Source of the DNA: Candidatus Electronema halotolerans
GTDB taxonomy: Bacteria > Desulfobacterota > Desulfobulbia > Desulfobulbales > Desulfobulbaceae
Assembly: GCA_942493095.1 (NCBI GenBank)
Contig: OW818675.1
Coordinates: 60,001 to 92,000, forward strand
Reading direction: 5' to 3'
DNA length: 32,000 bases
The translations under genes were made by a program, and so were the position numbers. Position 1 is the first letter of the stretch; each line of letters starts with the position of its first letter. The notes beneath the pieces were generated by a model that saw only the letters and a program-made list of their open reading frames with translations, did no database searches and was not told the DNA's origin. Shown here in pieces: positions 30,289 through 32,000 of the stretch.

Positions 30289-31215
30289 ATGGCTGTTTAT
30301 GTCACCGGGCACAAGAACCCGGACACTGATTCCGTAACCGCCGCCATTGCTTATGCCGAGCTGCTCAAAGCCAAAGGCACTGAGGCGATTGCCACCATGC
30401 AGGGCGAGATGAACCCGGAGACGCAGACTGTCCTCAACCGCTTCAAAACTGCCGCCCCGGAGATCATGACTGATGCCAGCGGCAAAACTATTGCCTTGGT
30501 TGATCACAGCGACCTCAAGCAGGCCCCGGACAACCTGAGCGCAGACAGCGTGATCGCCATTGTTGATCATCACAAGATCGGCGATGTGACCACCAACAAT
30601 CCGATTTTCTGCTATGTCAAGCCGGTCGGCTGCACCGGCACTGTCCTCAAGCAGCTCTACGATGCCGAGGGCGTGGCCATTCAGCCGCAGATCGCCGGCC
30701 TGATGATGTCCGCCATTCTCAGCGACACGGTCAACTTCAAGTCCCCGACCTGCACGGATGAGGACAAGAAGGCGGTTGCCGAGCTGAAGGCCATTGCTGC
30801 GGTCGAGGACACGGATGCGCTGTTCATGGAGATGCTGAAGGCGAAAAGCTCCATTGAAGGCGTTCCGGCCATGGACCTGCTCAACCGTGACTATAAAGAC
30901 TTTGACATGAAGGGCAAGACCATCGGCTGCGGCCAGCTGGAGCTTGCCAGCATTGATCAGGCCACGCCCGCCATCCGTGAGGCCCTGTACAAGGCCATGC
31001 AGGAGAAGAAGGCTGCAGGCGGCCAGCACACCATTCTGCTGATGCTGACTGACGTGGTTCAGGAAGGCACCGAGCTGATGGTGCTGTCTGATGACGCTTC
31101 CATCATCGAGGGCGCATTCAACACCAAGATGAGCGGCAATTCCATCTGGATTCCCGGCATGATGAGCCGCAAGAAGCAGACCATCCCCAACCTCCAGAAG
31201 GCGTTCGGCTGCTGA
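30289..31215 (+). CDS. ppaC: Manganese-dependent inorganic pyrophosphatase (family II, DHH/DHHA2)
   Basis: ATG after AGGAGG. MAVYVTGHKNPDTDSV, DHH motif (IVDHHKIG), DHHA2 C-terminal domain and SRKKQ near the C-terminus. 308 aa is the typical length. Confidence 0.93.
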   Translation: MAVYVTGHKNPDTDSVTAAIAYAELLKAKGTEAIATMQGEMNPETQTVLNRFKTAAPEIMTDASGKTIALVDHSDLKQAPDNLSADSVIAIVDHHKIGDVTTNNPIFCYVKPVGCTGTVLKQLYDAEGVAIQPQIAGLMMSAILSDTVNFKSPTCTDEDKKAVAELKAIAAVEDTDALFMEMLKAKSSIEGVPAMDLLNRDYKDFDMKGKTIGCGQLELASIDQATPAIREALYKAMQEKKAAGGQHTILLMLTDVVQEGTELMVLSDDASIIEGAFNTKMSGNSIWIPGMMSRKKQTIPNLQKAFGC

Positions 31216-31256
31216 TGCCTGCTGAACCGGAACCTTCATTCCGGCGGTGATGTGCA

Positions 31257-31290
31257 AAGGATCGGCGGCAGCGTCGATCCTTTTTTTCTT
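31257..31290 (+). terminator. Rho-independent terminator after ppaC
   Basis: AAGGATCG (31257-31264) pairs with CGATCCTT (31275-31282) around a 10-nt loop. The descending arm runs into TTTTTTTCTT. Confidence 0.6.
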
Positions 31291-31315
31291 GCCCGCAATA
31301 ACGCACTGACACGCC

Positions 31316-32000
31316 ATGCCTGATCACAGCTATCGCCCCCTTTTTCCTCTTGGTCACGACCAGACCGCATACCGCCTGCTGGACGGCTCGGCCCGCTGGA
31401 TCAGCGCAGTGCCGTTTGCGGACACGGAAATCCTGAAGATTGCCCCGGAAGCCCTGCGCGAGCTGGCCCGCACAGCCCTGCGCGAGGTCTCCTTCTTTCT
31501 CCGGCCTGAGCATAACGAGCAATGCGCCGCCATTCTCAATGACCCGGCTGCCTCAGTCAATGACCGGGCCGTGGCTGTGGCTCTGCTCCGCAATGCCGAA
31601 ATTGCCGCCCAAGGCGTGCTGCCCCTGTGTCAGGACACCGGCACGGCAATAGTCATGGCCAAGAAGGGTCAGCAGGTCTGGACGGGCGGCGATGACGCAG
31701 CCCAGCTCAGTGCCGGGATTGCTGCCGCCTACTCTGAGGAGAACCTGCGCTATTCGCAGACTGCGGCCCTGAGCATGTACGAGGAAAGGAACACCGGCAG
31801 CAATCTGCCTGCCCAGATTGACATTGAGGCGGTCGCGGGCGACGAGTACCGCTTCCTCTTCATGGCCAAAGGCGGCGGTAGTGCCAACAAGACCTTTCTT
31901 TTCCAAGAGACCAAGGCCGTGCTCAACCCGTCAGCTTTGCAGGGTTTTCTCACCGAAAAGATGAAGAGTCTCGGCACTGCCGCCTGTCCGCCCTATCACT
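31316..32000 (+). CDS. fumA: Class I (Fe-S) fumarate hydratase, 5' partial, continuing beyond the window
   Basis: My own translation from ATG 31316 is open to the window end; the frame is absent from the ORF track because it has no stop. It reads ...[35 protein letters not shown]...NLRYSQ...[11 protein letters not shown]...[20 protein letters not shown]...[10 protein letters not shown], closely paralleling E. coli FumA. Confidence 0.92.
   Translation, partial: MPDHSYRPLFPLGHDQTAYRLLDGSARWISAVPFADTEILKIAPEALRELARTALREVSFFLRPEHNEQCAAILNDPAASVNDRAVAVALLRNAEIAAQGVLPLCQDTGTAIVMAKKGQQVWTGGDDAAQLSAGIAAAYSEENLRYSQTAALSMYEERNTGSNLPAQIDIEAVAGDEYRFLFMAKGGGSANKTFLFQETKAVLNPSALQGFLTEKMKSLGTAACPPYH

Noticed and set aside
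30103-31317. 404-aa minus-strand ORF covering ppaC. Similar antisense ORFs lie at 23318..24580, 5395..6336, 12466..13461, 13842..15023, 2871..3608, 29119..30015, 17721..18527 and 18741..19508
   Set aside because: Each lies opposite a gene with clear family signatures and a good RBS. Their own products lack motifs and plausible starts, so they are shadow ORFs.

Overview
High-GC bacterial chromosomal window. The gene content suggests a Desulfobacterota/deltaproteobacterial-type genome, but that is inference only. I support about 28 protein genes and no rRNA, tRNA or CRISPR. From left to right: a secreted thioredoxin-fold protein; an AT-rich PH-like orphan gene; minD-minE-yraN with no minC; a stand-alone FrdA/SdhA flavoprotein; a GT4 glycosyltransferase; and a large hybrid Cache/PAS histidine kinase on the minus strand. 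Next comes a tightly coupled four-gene cassette of corrinoid (B12-binding) protein, UroD/MtaA-like methyltransferase, DUF1638-like histidine kinase and REC-PAS histidine kinase. An FAD oxidoreductase and a molybdopterin oxidoreductase with a TorD-like chaperone fused to its N-terminus follow it. After that is an EPS module (Wzx-like flippase and Wzc-like co-polymerase/kinase) split by an AT-rich IS5-family element whose inverted repeats and 4-bp target duplication can be read directly. Then come a hicB-hicA toxin-antitoxin cassette bracketed by a perfect 24-nt direct repeat, and a minus-strand cluster of membrane-anchored protein, MJ0042-type zinc-ribbon protein, TPR protein and an MGS-like/cytosine-deaminase-like amidohydrolase fusion. 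The window ends with ppaC and the 5' part of a class I fumarate hydratase gene. The best candidate for an undescribed system is the corrinoid/UroD/DUF1638-kinase/REC-kinase cassette at 10.2-15.6 kb, possibly acting together with the adjacent chaperone-fused Mo enzyme. All family calls rest on motifs I recognise by eye in the translations; no searches were run.
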